Positions 1 through 9,375 of a stretch of DNA of 52,388 nt are shown one piece after another. A program made the translations under genes and the position numbers. The notes beneath the pieces are model-generated. The model was not told the origin of the DNA. It saw only the letters and a program-made list of their open reading frames with translations, and searched no databases. Where the stretch lies: NCBI GenBank assembly GCA_041480755.1, contig JBGPAO010000001.1, positions 1-52,388 on the forward strand, read 5' to 3'. The stretch comes from Bacteroidia bacterium (lineage in GTDB: Bacteria > Bacteroidota > Bacteroidia > Bacteroidales > SM23-62). Position 1 is the first letter of the stretch; every line of letters starts with the position of its first letter.

Positions 1-103
1 TAAAAATAATTGATTTTTTTTACTTTTAATAAAAATTCCTGTCCATGTTAAACCATTTTCAGGTAATTCCGTATATTACAATGCTTTTTGTAAAAAAATA
101 ATT

Positions 104-1156
104 ATGAAAAGATTTTTTAATCTGGCATTATTGGTCTCATTCCTGCCTTTATTCATAAATGCGCAGGAACAACAAGGTTCAGGTGTACCCCTGAAGAATA
201 AGAATGAGGCAAAAGTTGCGTACAACAGGGGGATTGAAAGTATTAATGAGGAAAACTATTGGGTTGCATTGGAATATTTTTCAACAGCCCTTGATCTCAA
301 TCCGGAATTTGCTCCGGCATACCTGATGAGAGGAAAAACCAACCTTGAACTTCGGAAATTGCCTGAAGCCATACAGGATTTTACAATGGCGATAAAGCTG
401 GATATGAATCTCGGCGAGGCGCATTTCTACCGTGGTTATGCAAATTTGCGTGATGAGCCTGATCCGGCTGTTCTGGAGGATTTCGATCGTGCAATAGCTA
501 AAGGATTCAAAGAGTATTTTGTTTATTATTACCGAGGGCTGTATAAACTTATTTCAGGTGACTATACTGGCGCAATCATTGATTTTACCAGTGCAATTGA
601 ACTTAAGCAAAACTATGCCCTGGCTTATCATGATAGGGGGACCGCCAAACGTTTGCTCGGGGATTACCAGGGAGCTGTTTTTGAATACCGGCAAGCTGTT
701 AATTATAATCCTGATTTTCCGATAGCTTTCAATAATATGGGCAGTGTGAAAAAAATGCTTGGCGATTTCCAGGGAGCGATTGATGATTATACAGTTGCTG
801 TCAGACTTGATTCTAATTATTATATGGCTTATAATAACAGGGGCAGTGCAAAGTTCCAGCTTGGTGATTATGAGGGAGCACTGGCAGATTTCAGCAAAGT
901 GATCTCCATAAAGAGCAATTACAGCCCTGCACTGAATAATATGGGGGGGACACTTGCAAAACTTAATAAACTGGATGAATCCGCAATTACTTTTGACCAG
1001 GTAATATTGGATGACCAGTCGTTTGGTTATGCCTACCTGAACCGGGGATTTGTCAGGGAATTACTGGGAGACATTAATGGGGCATGCCAGGATTGGAAAA
1101 CAGCAGGTGATCTCGGAGTTACCGAAGCAGATCAATACATGAAAGAATGTAAATAA
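104..1156 (+). CDS. Secreted tetratricopeptide-repeat (TPR) protein
   Basis: 350-aa ORF with an N-terminal signal peptide (MKRFFNLALLVSFLPLFINAQ). It has many tandem 34-residue units with the recurring A-x-x-D-[FY]-x-x-A-[IL]-x-L-[DN]-P-[ND]-[FY]-x-x-A-Y-x-N-R-G pattern. The C-terminus carries a GAC-x-DW...C motif. Confidence 0.85.
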   Translation: MKRFFNLALLVSFLPLFINAQEQQGSGVPLKNKNEAKVAYNRGIESINEENYWVALEYFSTALDLNPEFAPAYLMRGKTNLELRKLPEAIQDFTMAIKLDMNLGEAHFYRGYANLRDEPDPAVLEDFDRAIAKGFKEYFVYYYRGLYKLISGDYTGAIIDFTSAIELKQNYALAYHDRGTAKRLLGDYQGAVFEYRQAVNYNPDFPIAFNNMGSVKKMLGDFQGAIDDYTVAVRLDSNYYMAYNNRGSAKFQLGDYEGALADFSKVISIKSNYSPALNNMGGTLAKLNKLDESAITFDQVILDDQSFGYAYLNRGFVRELLGDINGACQDWKTAGDLGVTEADQYMKECK

Positions 1157-1180
1157 AAACAGATAAAACTATATCTAAAA

Positions 1181-3256
1181 ATGAGGTCAATCATAAAGTC
1201 TTTAAAATTTGCTGCTCTTTTACTGCTGATACCGTTGATGACCTATTCCCAGCAGTATATAAAGGTGGTAAAAAGTGAGTTTAAAACAGAGAATGAGACT
1301 GGCCTGAAGGAGGCATGGAAAAGCATACAGGATGGTGATAAACTTTTTAAGGCAGGTCCCGGTACTTATCGTGAGGCCAGGCAGCATTACCTTTTTGCAA
1401 ATAAATATAACAGTGAAAATCCTGAACTTAACTATAAAATAGGGATATGTTACCTTTTTGCAGATGATAAGTATGAATCGATTAATTATCTAAGGAAAGC
1501 CTATATTGCTAACAACCAGATCAGCACTGATATCCATTATGTCCTTGCAAGAGCCTACCACCTGACACTGGAATTTGACAGGGCAATTGAAGAATATAAT
1601 AAACACCTTTCAACACTTTCTCCAAAGCTTTTTGCACGGGAATCTCCAGGGATTAAACGCATGATCCAGGAATGCGAGAACGGAAAAGCTATGGTTACAA
1701 AGCCTTTAAGGGTCATTATCAGTAACCTTGGAGAAAATATAAACAGTGATGCAGATGATTACAATTCAGTTTTTGCTTCAGGAGATTCAGTGATGTACTT
1801 CACATCCAGGAGGGTGCATGACGAAAAAGCCAGAAGGAGTGATTATGACAACAAGTATTATGAGGGTATTTATATGTCACTAAGAAAGGATACAGAATGG
1901 ACAAAAGCACGGAACCTGGGCAAAAAAGTTAATTTAAAAAATCATAATAATGCGGCACTTGCTGTAACTGGTTATGGAAGCCGGCTATACGTCTACAGAG
2001 GTCTTAAGGATGCGGGAAACATATATGAAAGCAAAATGAAAAAGGGTGCCTGGACTCCTCCAAAACCATTGAGCGGTCGTTTTAACACAAAATACCGCGA
2101 AACCAGCGTGAGTTTCAGTCCTGATCAGAAGGTTTTCTATTTTGTATCCTCAAATCCTAAAGTGTCTTTGGGAGGCAGGGATATTTTTTTCGCAACAAAA
2201 AATTCGCAGGGGAAATGGAATAAGCCTGTAAACATAGGAAGTAAGATTAATACACCTTTTGATGAGGAGTGTGTCAGTATCTCTCCTGATGGAAATACTT
2301 TATATTTCAGCTCAAGAGGCCATAATTCCATTGGAGGTTATGATGTATTCAGATCCGACAAGAATGATCTGGGGGAATGGTCACCTGCCGTAAACATCGG
2401 ATACCCGATAAATACACCTGATGATGATGTGTTTTATACTGTTACTCCGGTTGGTAAATACGCTTATTATTCTGCAAACAGGATGGGAACATTGGGAGGA
2501 CGTGATATTTTCAGGATTCTTTACCTGGGGGCTGAGAAAGAATTTATTATGACAACTGAGGATGTACTTATTGCAGGGATACTTGATACAACCAGGAGAG
2601 GATTCTTAACCTCTCCTGGAGTGATCACTATAGATACAACATTTATTTTGACAGGTAAGGTAATGGATGGCGTCTCCAAAGATGGAGTTATGGCCCAGAT
2701 TGAGTTCATAGACGTTGATCAGAGCAAGGTGGTTGCGACCACACTGAGTAATGATAGCGGATCATATACCGCCAGATTACCCGAAGGCAAAGCTTATGGC
2801 GTCGAAATCAATGCAAAGGGTTATCTTTTCTTCCTTGATATGGTCGATATTACCGGGGAACAACCTGAAGAACCAATCAGGCGGGATTTCAGCCTGGAAA
2901 AAGTTGAGGTCGGAACCAAGGTCGTGCTTGAAAATATCTTCTTTGAGACGAACAAGGCAACTTTGAAACCTGAGTCATATCCGCAGCTTGAACAGGTATT
3001 GAAATTCCTGGATAGTAATTCTACAGTAAGAATGGAAATCTCCGGGCATACTGATAATGTGGGTTCATTAAAACTTAATACCAACTTATCACAGGCTCGT
3101 GCAGAATCGGTTGTCAGATATCTTGTTGAAAGAGGAGTGGATCCGTCCAGGCTTGATTCTAAAGGATATGCTTTCTCACAGCCTGTGGCGCCAAATGACA
3201 CCCCGGAAGGAAGAGCTAAAAACCGCCGCGTTGAATTTAAGATCCTGAGTATGTAA
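1181..3256 (+). CDS. OmpA-family outer-membrane/peptidoglycan-associated protein with TPR, TolB-like beta-propeller repeats and a CarboxypepD_reg-like domain
   Basis: 691-aa ORF with a signal peptide. Repeated 'SPDG..LYF.S.R....GG.DIF' PD40-like units are present. The C-terminal OmpA_C motif is 'NIFFETNKATLKPESYPQLEQV...ISGHTDNVGS...NLSQARAESVVRYLVERGV...NRRVEFKI'. Confidence 0.85.
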   Translation: MRSIIKSLKFAALLLLIPLMTYSQQYIKVVKSEFKTENETGLKEAWKSIQDGDKLFKAGPGTYREARQHYLFANKYNSENPELNYKIGICYLFADDKYESINYLRKAYIANNQISTDIHYVLARAYHLTLEFDRAIEEYNKHLSTLSPKLFARESPGIKRMIQECENGKAMVTKPLRVIISNLGENINSDADDYNSVFASGDSVMYFTSRRVHDEKARRSDYDNKYYEGIYMSLRKDTEWTKARNLGKKVNLKNHNNAALAVTGYGSRLYVYRGLKDAGNIYESKMKKGAWTPPKPLSGRFNTKYRETSVSFSPDQKVFYFVSSNPKVSLGGRDIFFATKNSQGKWNKPVNIGSKINTPFDEECVSISPDGNTLYFSSRGHNSIGGYDVFRSDKNDLGEWSPAVNIGYPINTPDDDVFYTVTPVGKYAYYSANRMGTLGGRDIFRILYLGAEKEFIMTTEDVLIAGILDTTRRGFLTSPGVITIDTTFILTGKVMDGVSKDGVMAQIEFIDVDQSKVVATTLSNDSGSYTARLPEGKAYGVEINAKGYLFFLDMVDITGEQPEEPIRRDFSLEKVEVGTKVVLENIFFETNKATLKPESYPQLEQVLKFLDSNSTVRMEISGHTDNVGSLKLNTNLSQARAESVVRYLVERGVDPSRLDSKGYAFSQPVAPNDTPEGRAKNRRVEFKILSM

Positions 3257-3265
3257 TTTCCCATA

Positions 3266-4354
3266 ATGAAACAGACAGCGTTATTTGAAATTCATAAACA
3301 GGCAGGGGCTAAAATAATTCCATTTGCCGGATTCTATATGCCGGTTGAATACACTGGTATAATTGATGAACACCTGACCGTCAGAAATGCAGTAGGCGTT
3401 TTTGATGTATCGCATATGGGAGAGATATGGGTGACAGGCTCTTCTGCAGTTCAGTTTTTACAGAAAGTTACAACAAACGATATCAACACCTTATATGATG
3501 GCAGGGTTCAGTATTCATGTTTTCCAAACGGGAAAGGAGGTATTGTTGATGATCTGCTGGTTTACCGGATGAGTCGGGACAGGTACCTGCTGATTGTTAA
3601 TGCTGCCAATATTCAGAAAGACTGGGACTGGATCAATAGTCAGAATAAGGAAAGTGCGAAACTGGAGAATGCCTCAGATTCAATCTCACAGCTTGCGGTT
3701 CAGGGACCTGCAGCTATAAATACCTTACAGCCATTTACATCTGAAAATCTATCGGAAATTAAATATTATACTTTCCGCACAGCTGAATTTGCCGGTATAC
3801 CCGATGTAATAATCAGTGCAACAGGATATACAGGATCGGGAGGATTTGAGCTCTGTTTCCCAAACAGGTACGCTGAATCAGTCTGGAAAAAGGTCATGGA
3901 ATCAGGGATGGAATATGGTATCAAACCTATTGGCCTGGCAGCGAGAGATACATTGAGACTGGAAATGGGATATTGCCTTTATGGGAGTGATATTGATGAC
4001 ACCACTTCTCCGATTGAAGCAGGGCTTGGATGGATTACAAAATTTGCCGAGGGTAAGAATTTTATCGACAGGGAAATTCTTTTCAGGCAAAAACAGGAAG
4101 GCGTGACCAGGAAGCTGACAGGTTTCAGGATGATTGAAAGAGGAATACCAAGGCAGCATTATCCGATCGTTGATAGTAACGGAAACCGGATCGGTGAAGT
4201 CACATCCGGAACCATGTCTCCGGTAATTAATGCAGGAATCGGCATGGGATACATCAAGACATCAATGACAGTGCCTGGAACTGAAATCCTGATAGAAATC
4301 AGGAACAAAAAATTGAAAGCAGTTGTCGTCTCTCCACCATTCTATAAAAAATAA
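3266..4354 (+). CDS. gcvT: Glycine cleavage system aminomethyltransferase (T protein)
   Basis: 362-aa ORF. Typical GcvT motifs are '[26 protein letters not shown]', '[12 protein letters not shown]', 'LAVQGP', '[10 protein letters not shown]' and '[18 protein letters not shown]'. Confidence 0.95.
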   Translation: MKQTALFEIHKQAGAKIIPFAGFYMPVEYTGIIDEHLTVRNAVGVFDVSHMGEIWVTGSSAVQFLQKVTTNDINTLYDGRVQYSCFPNGKGGIVDDLLVYRMSRDRYLLIVNAANIQKDWDWINSQNKESAKLENASDSISQLAVQGPAAINTLQPFTSENLSEIKYYTFRTAEFAGIPDVIISATGYTGSGGFELCFPNRYAESVWKKVMESGMEYGIKPIGLAARDTLRLEMGYCLYGSDIDDTTSPIEAGLGWITKFAEGKNFIDREILFRQKQEGVTRKLTGFRMIERGIPRQHYPIVDSNGNRIGEVTSGTMSPVINAGIGMGYIKTSMTVPGTEILIEIRNKKLKAVVVSPPFYKK

Positions 4355-5078
4355 CGAGCCTCAAAAGAAGATAGAGGTATGCTTTTCACCGGCTCTTTTC
4401 AGGGAATTTAAAAACCCTGAAGCAATAGCCGTTGTTGTTGATATCCTGCGTGCCACTTCGGCCATTGTTACAGCATTTATGAACGGTGTCAGCAGGATAA
4501 TCCCGGTTGAAACTCTTCAGGAAGCTGAGGAATACAAATTAAAAGGGTATCCTGTTGCTGCAGAAAGGGATGGACTTGTCCAGCCTTTTGCAGATTTCGG
4601 CAATTCCCCTTTTAATTTCACAAGGGAGAGGGTTTCCGGGCGTCAAATAGTATACAGTACGACGAATGGAACCCAGGCCATCCATGAAGCCAGGGACTGT
4701 GCCCGGATAGTTATTGGAGCTTATCTTAATTTCACTGCACTTGCAGACTGGTTAATCAACCAGAAAAGGGATATTATCATTCTATGTGCCGCATGGAAGA
4801 ATAAATTCAATCTTGAGGATACCTTATTTGCGGGAGCTCTGGCAGAGCGTATTTTGAAATGTCCTGATTATTATACCATTTGTGATTCAGCTCTCGCTTC
4901 AATTGATCTTTACTGCATGGCAAAGGAAGATCTTCTGAGTTATATTGATAAAGCCGCCCAAAGACATCGCCTGAAGAAAAATAAACTGGATGATGTTATT
5001 GAGTACTGTCATACATTTGACATGACGTCCCTGATCCCTGTATTTGAAAATGATTACCTCACAGTCCTCCATCCCTGA
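4323..5078 (+). CDS. 2-phosphosulfolactate phosphatase (ComB) family protein
   Basis: 251-aa ORF with ComB-like motifs '[10 protein letters not shown]', 'ERDG...FGNSP' and 'STTNGT'. The start is uncertain. The only in-frame canonical start is TTG at 4323, which overlaps gcvT by 32 nt. The conserved core begins near 'KIEVCFSP' (about 4368). Confidence 0.7.
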   Translation: MSSLHHSIKNNEPQKKIEVCFSPALFREFKNPEAIAVVVDILRATSAIVTAFMNGVSRIIPVETLQEAEEYKLKGYPVAAERDGLVQPFADFGNSPFNFTRERVSGRQIVYSTTNGTQAIHEARDCARIVIGAYLNFTALADWLINQKRDIIILCAAWKNKFNLEDTLFAGALAERILKCPDYYTICDSALASIDLYCMAKEDLLSYIDKAAQRHRLKKNKLDDVIEYCHTFDMTSLIPVFENDYLTVLHP

Positions 5079-5166
5079 GATGTTGAAAGTTTTTAAGAAT
5101 TTATAAACACCTTGCTGAGAGATTGATATTTTTTCAGAATTTTACTGAACTTAAATATTATTAACC

Positions 5167-6237
5167 ATGAAGAAGCACAATTTTAATCCGGGACCTTCCG
5201 TACTTCCGCAATTTACATTGGAACAAACTGCAAAAGCAGTTCTTGATTTAGACGGTACAGGCCTTTCAATAATGTCAGTTTCCCATCGCGGCAAGGATTT
5301 TACCACAATTTTAAAAGATACCAATGACCTGCTGAAGGAATTGCTCTATATACCCGATGGATATAGCATTTTGTTCCTTGGCGGAGGCGCCAGCCTGCAA
5401 TTTTCAATGGTTCCATATAATTTGCTGAACCATAAAGCAGCATATCTTAATACTGGTTCATGGGCATCCAAAGCTATCAAGGAAGCTGAAATGTTTGGTG
5501 AGGTGGTTGTTGTAGCCTCTTCAAAAGATAAGAATTTCACTTATCTGCCTGAAAATTATTCTGTCCCCGGAGATGCCGATTATTTTCATATTACCACTAA
5601 TAATACAATATTCGGGACTGAAATAAAAACTGACCTGGATGTTGCGGTTCCTTTGGTCGCCGATATGTCGTCCGATATTCTCAGTCGTCCCGTAGATATC
5701 TCGAAATACAGCCTTATTTATGCGGGAGCGCAAAAGAACCTTGGTCCGGCTGGCGTAACGCTTGTTATTATTAAACCTGAAATTCTGGGGAAGGTAAGCC
5801 GTCCTATTCCATCCATGCTTAATTATAAAATTCATGTTGAAAATGAATCGCTTTATAATACACCTCCTGTTATTAATATATATTCGTGTCTGCAGACTCT
5901 TAAATGGCTGAAAAACCTTGGAGGATTGGAAGTGATGCAGAAGATGAATGAAGAAAAAGCCGGATTGCTTTATAATGAAATAGAAAGAAATAAGTTGTTT
6001 AAGGGAACGGTCACAAATCCGGCGCATCGTTCAATTATGAATGTCTGTTTTGTAATGAAGGATGAGTATAAAGAGCTTGAAACTGCCTTCCAGGAATTTG
6101 CATCCTCAAAAGGACTGGTTGGCGTTAAAGGACACCGTTCAGTAGGCGGATTCAGGGCTTCTATATACAATGCGATGCCGAAGGAAAGTGTTCTTGCACT
6201 TATAGAAGCCATGAAGGAATTTGAGAAGAAGAATTAA
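5167..6237 (+). CDS. serC: Phosphoserine aminotransferase
   Basis: 356-aa ORF. The N-terminus '[14 protein letters not shown]' and the segments 'SHRGKDF', 'GGGASLQF', '[13 protein letters not shown]' and '[17 protein letters not shown]' are hallmark SerC motifs. Confidence 0.95.
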   Translation: MKKHNFNPGPSVLPQFTLEQTAKAVLDLDGTGLSIMSVSHRGKDFTTILKDTNDLLKELLYIPDGYSILFLGGGASLQFSMVPYNLLNHKAAYLNTGSWASKAIKEAEMFGEVVVVASSKDKNFTYLPENYSVPGDADYFHITTNNTIFGTEIKTDLDVAVPLVADMSSDILSRPVDISKYSLIYAGAQKNLGPAGVTLVIIKPEILGKVSRPIPSMLNYKIHVENESLYNTPPVINIYSCLQTLKWLKNLGGLEVMQKMNEEKAGLLYNEIERNKLFKGTVTNPAHRSIMNVCFVMKDEYKELETAFQEFASSKGLVGVKGHRSVGGFRASIYNAMPKESVLALIEAMKEFEKKN

Positions 6238-6285
6238 TTGCGTATTTGACATTTCAATTAATAAATCGTTATTAAACTTAATATT

Positions 6286-7209
6286 ATGACCAAAGTATTA
6301 GTTGCCACTGAGAAACCATTTGCACCGGTTGCAGTTAAAAGCATAAGAAAGATAGTTGAAGATGCAGGATTTGAACTGGTCCTTTTTGAAAAGTATAAAG
6401 ATCCTTCTGAGCTGGTTAATGCCGTCGCAGAGGTTGATGCACTTATCATTCGCAGTGACATTGCCAGCCGGCAGGTAATTCAGAATGCGAAAAACCTCAG
6501 GATAATTGTCAGGGCCGGTGCAGGTTATGATAACATAGACCTTGCTGCTGCGACCGAGAAGGGCATCGTTGCCATGAATACTCCCGGACAGAATGCAAAT
6601 GCAGTTGCAGAACTTGCTGTAGGCATGATGATTTATGTTGCAAGGAACAATTTTAATGGATCTTCAGGAACTGAACTGTTGGATAAAAGTCTTGGGATTC
6701 ATGCATATGGTAATGTTGGAAAACGTGTGTCCAAAATTGCACAGGGTTTTGGTATGAAAGTATACGCATTCGATCCATTTATAAAGAAATCCGTTATAGA
6801 AAGAGATGGTATTATACCTGCGGATAACGTGAAAGACCTTTATTCAACCTGCCAGTACATATCACTTCACATACCGGCAGACAAGGAGACAATCAATTCA
6901 ATAAATTATGATTTAATGTCCAGGATGCCGGCCGGGGCAGTACTTGTCAATACGGCCCGTAAAGAGATTATTGATGAAGTATCTCTTTTAAAGATTATGG
7001 AGGAACGCAAAGATTTCAGGTATGCATCGGATATGATACCTGATTGTGCAGCTGAGTTTGAGCAGAAATATACAGGCAGGTTTTTCTTTACACCGAAAAA
7101 AATGGGAGCCCAGACTGAGGAAGCAAACATAAATGCTGGCGTTGCAGCTGCCCATCAGATAGTAAGGTTCTTCAAAACCGGGGACAAGACTTTCCAGGTT
7201 AACAAATAG
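6286..7209 (+). CDS. serA: D-3-phosphoglycerate dehydrogenase (short, D-isomer 2-hydroxyacid dehydrogenase family)
   Basis: 307-aa ORF with 'RAGAGYDNIDLAAATEKGI.VMNTPGQNANAVAE' and an NAD-binding 'GIHAYGNVGKRV'. It lies directly after serC, as in other Bacteroidota. Confidence 0.85.
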   Translation: MTKVLVATEKPFAPVAVKSIRKIVEDAGFELVLFEKYKDPSELVNAVAEVDALIIRSDIASRQVIQNAKNLRIIVRAGAGYDNIDLAAATEKGIVAMNTPGQNANAVAELAVGMMIYVARNNFNGSSGTELLDKSLGIHAYGNVGKRVSKIAQGFGMKVYAFDPFIKKSVIERDGIIPADNVKDLYSTCQYISLHIPADKETINSINYDLMSRMPAGAVLVNTARKEIIDEVSLLKIMEERKDFRYASDMIPDCAAEFEQKYTGRFFFTPKKMGAQTEEANINAGVAAAHQIVRFFKTGDKTFQVNK

Positions 7210-7218
7210 GCTCTTCCG

Positions 7219-8463
7219 ATGGCAATACTTAAACCATTCAGAGGGTACAGGCCGCTTAAAGAATATGCAAAACAGATTGCTTCAAGGCCTTACGATGTAT
7301 TGAGTTCGGAAGAAGCCAGAGTGGAAGCTCATGGAAATCCTTATTCATTTCTTCATGTGGTGAAACCCGAAATAGATCTGCCTGCAAACCTTGATCATTA
7401 CTCGCCGGAGGTTTATAAGAAAGGCAAAGATAATCTTGACAGGATGATCAGTACAGGCATTCTTGTCCAGGATAAAGAGGAATATTTGTATGTTTATGCG
7501 CAGACTATGTGGGGTAAAACCCAGTATGGACTTGTAGGATGTGCCGGTGTTTCAGATTATATAAACAATAATATCAGGCGGCATGAATTGACCCGTCCGG
7601 ATAAAGAAGAAGACAGGAAAAAGCATATCAGGATTACAGGTTTTAATGCAGAACCGGTTTTCTTTGCCTATCCCCCGCATAAGGAAATTGATGAACTTGT
7701 GAGGTCGGTAATTCAGAATGAACCTGATTATGATTTTGTTGCAGCTGATGATATCGGCCATCACTTCTGGATAATAAGAGATAGAAAAGTGGTAAAGAGG
7801 ATTGTCGATATATTTGCTTCGGATGTCCCGGCAACATATGTAGCAGATGGACATCACAGAACAGCTGCTGCAGCTCTTGTTGGTGATGAGAAAAAGCGTT
7901 TGAATCCAAACCATACCGGGAAGGAAGAATATAATTACTTTCTTGCTGTTCATTTCCCGGCAGATCAGCTGCGGATAATTGATTATAACCGTGTGGTTAA
8001 GGATCTAAATGGATTAAGCCCCGTGGAATTCCTTGAGAAGATAAAAAGGTCATTTGATGTTGAAGAAAAGGGCGAAAAAATATACAAGCCCTTCCGGATG
8101 TCAAATTTTTCAATGTATCTTGATAAGAAATGGTATTCACTGACAGCAAAACCAGAAAAGATTGATAATCGCGATCCGGTCAGTAAGCTCGATGTAACTT
8201 TGTTATCAAAACGGATACTGGAACCCGTGCTTAATATAACGGATCTGAGGAATTCAAAACGAATTGATTTTGTTGGTGGAATCCGGGGATTGGATGAATT
8301 AAAGAAAAGAGTCGACAGCGGAGAAATGAAGGTCGCGTTTGCACTTTATGCAGTTACAATGGATCAGCTTATGGAAATTGCCGATACCGGCAATATCATG
8401 CCTCCGAAGACAACATGGTTTGAACCTAAACTGCGCAGCGGACTTGTTCTTCATCAACTTTGA
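7219..8463 (+). CDS. DUF1015 domain-containing protein
   Basis: 414-aa ORF. The N-terminus 'MAILKPFRGYRP......IASRPYDVLSSEEAR' and the internal 'YVADGHHR' motif match my recollection of the DUF1015 family. The position after serA is a conserved Bacteroidota context. Confidence 0.75.
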   Translation: MAILKPFRGYRPLKEYAKQIASRPYDVLSSEEARVEAHGNPYSFLHVVKPEIDLPANLDHYSPEVYKKGKDNLDRMISTGILVQDKEEYLYVYAQTMWGKTQYGLVGCAGVSDYINNNIRRHELTRPDKEEDRKKHIRITGFNAEPVFFAYPPHKEIDELVRSVIQNEPDYDFVAADDIGHHFWIIRDRKVVKRIVDIFASDVPATYVADGHHRTAAAALVGDEKKRLNPNHTGKEEYNYFLAVHFPADQLRIIDYNRVVKDLNGLSPVEFLEKIKRSFDVEEKGEKIYKPFRMSNFSMYLDKKWYSLTAKPEKIDNRDPVSKLDVTLLSKRILEPVLNITDLRNSKRIDFVGGIRGLDELKKRVDSGEMKVAFALYAVTMDQLMEIADTGNIMPPKTTWFEPKLRSGLVLHQL

Positions 8464-8513
8464 GGCTATATTAGCCGGTTGTTATAGAACATGTAATCTT
8501 CCTGATACAGGAT

Positions 8514-9179
8514 ATGAACATTAGAGAAAATATAACCCGGCTTAAGAAAGAAATTCCGGACACTGTTATAATTGTTGCAGTTTCAAAAACAAAATCACCG
8601 TTACAAATCCTGGAAGCTTATAATACCGGTCACCGGATTTTCGGTGAAAACCGGGTTCAGGAACTGTCAGAAAAAGCCGAAATCCTGCCGAAAGATATTC
8701 AGTGGCATATGGTCGGGCATCTGCAGACCAATAAGGTAAAAAATATAATCACTTTTGTCAGCCTGATCCAGAGTATCGATAGTCTGAAATTACTTGGGGT
8801 AATCAATAATGAATCCTTGAAAATCAATAAAATTCAGGATTGCCTGTTCCAGATTCATATTGCCAGTGAAGAAACAAAATTCGGACTGTCTGAAGCTGAA
8901 CTGAAATCTTTATTAGGTTCACAGGAATTTGTACAATTACATAATGTAAGGATTGCAGGATTAATGGGGATGGCTACTTTTACAGACAATGAATCTGTAA
9001 TCAGGGAGGAGTTCAGGAACCTGGTCAGGATTTTTAAGGAGGTCAAAAATGAGTTTTTCTCCGGTAAGGATTATTTTAAAGAGTTATCTATGGGAATGTC
9101 AGGCGATTACAGGATTGCAATTGAAGAGGGTTCGACGATGATAAGGGTAGGCACGATAATCTTCAATGAACGGGACTAA
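8514..9179 (+). CDS. yggS: YggS-family pyridoxal-phosphate homeostasis protein
   Basis: 221-aa ORF with 'VAVSKTKS' (PLP lysine), 'FGENRVQE', 'WHMVGHLQTNKV' and 'LSMGMSGDY..AIEEGSTMIRVGT.IF'. Confidence 0.9.
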   Translation: MNIRENITRLKKEIPDTVIIVAVSKTKSPLQILEAYNTGHRIFGENRVQELSEKAEILPKDIQWHMVGHLQTNKVKNIITFVSLIQSIDSLKLLGVINNESLKINKIQDCLFQIHIASEETKFGLSEAELKSLLGSQEFVQLHNVRIAGLMGMATFTDNESVIREEFRNLVRIFKEVKNEFFSGKDYFKELSMGMSGDYRIAIEEGSTMIRVGTIIFNERD

Positions 9180-9228
9180 ACTTGAAATTTTGAAGAACTT
9201 AATCCTACGGTATAAACTCTAAACCTTG

Positions 9229-9246
9229 TCCCGATGAATATCGGGA
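9229..9246 (+). terminator. Possible stem-loop downstream of yggS (7-bp stem TCCCGAT/ATCGGGA, GAAT loop)
   Basis: The inverted repeat was read directly: 9229-9235 pairs with 9240-9246. No T-run follows, so it is not a canonical intrinsic terminator. Confidence 0.3.
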
Positions 9247-9332
9247 TCTAAACTGTCTAAACTGTAAACTGTAAACTGTAAACTTTGAACCCGGAACTAG
9301 GAACTCGGAACTAGGAACTCGGAACCCGGAAC
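9247..9332. repeat. Two abutting short tandem-repeat arrays: (TC)TAAACTG x5, then NNGGAAC x6
   Basis: Read directly. The first array is TCTAAACTG, TCTAAACTG, TAAACTG, TAAACTG, TAAACTT (9247-9285). The second is CCGGAAC, TAGGAAC, TCGGAAC, TAGGAAC, TCGGAAC, CCGGAAC (9291-9332). Extra degenerate TAAACT copies lie at 9213-9225. Confidence 0.9.
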
Positions 9333-9375
9333 GCAATATTTCGCGCCAGTCACTGAGACTATAAAACATTTAACT

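Noticed and set aside
3257-3265. A glycine riboswitch upstream of gcvT
   Set aside because: Only 9 nt separate gcvT from the preceding OmpA-family gene, so there is no room for a riboswitch aptamer.
5079-5166. Mini-ORFs in other intergenic gaps considered as additional amino-acid leader peptides. Examples are MLKVFKNL upstream of serC and MNIGI at about 9235
   Set aside because: None shows enrichment for the cognate amino acid, and none is followed by a terminator/antiterminator arrangement.
5521-6027. Long antisense or alternative-frame ORFs inside conserved genes. Examples are 5521-6027(-) in serC, 7552-7953(-) in DUF1015, 17881-18491(-) in ppdK, 37131-37448(+) and 38028-38333(+) in nifS-selD, and 50694-51302(+) in proS
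   Set aside because: These are shadow ORFs opposite or overlapping genes with unambiguous conserved motifs. Their translations are low-complexity, and no independent signals (starts, promoters, terminators) support them.
9247-9332. A short-repeat region considered as a possible CRISPR array
   Set aside because: The units are only 7-9 nt and directly abut each other with no spacers. There are no cas genes in the window. It is a microsatellite-type tandem repeat, not a CRISPR array.
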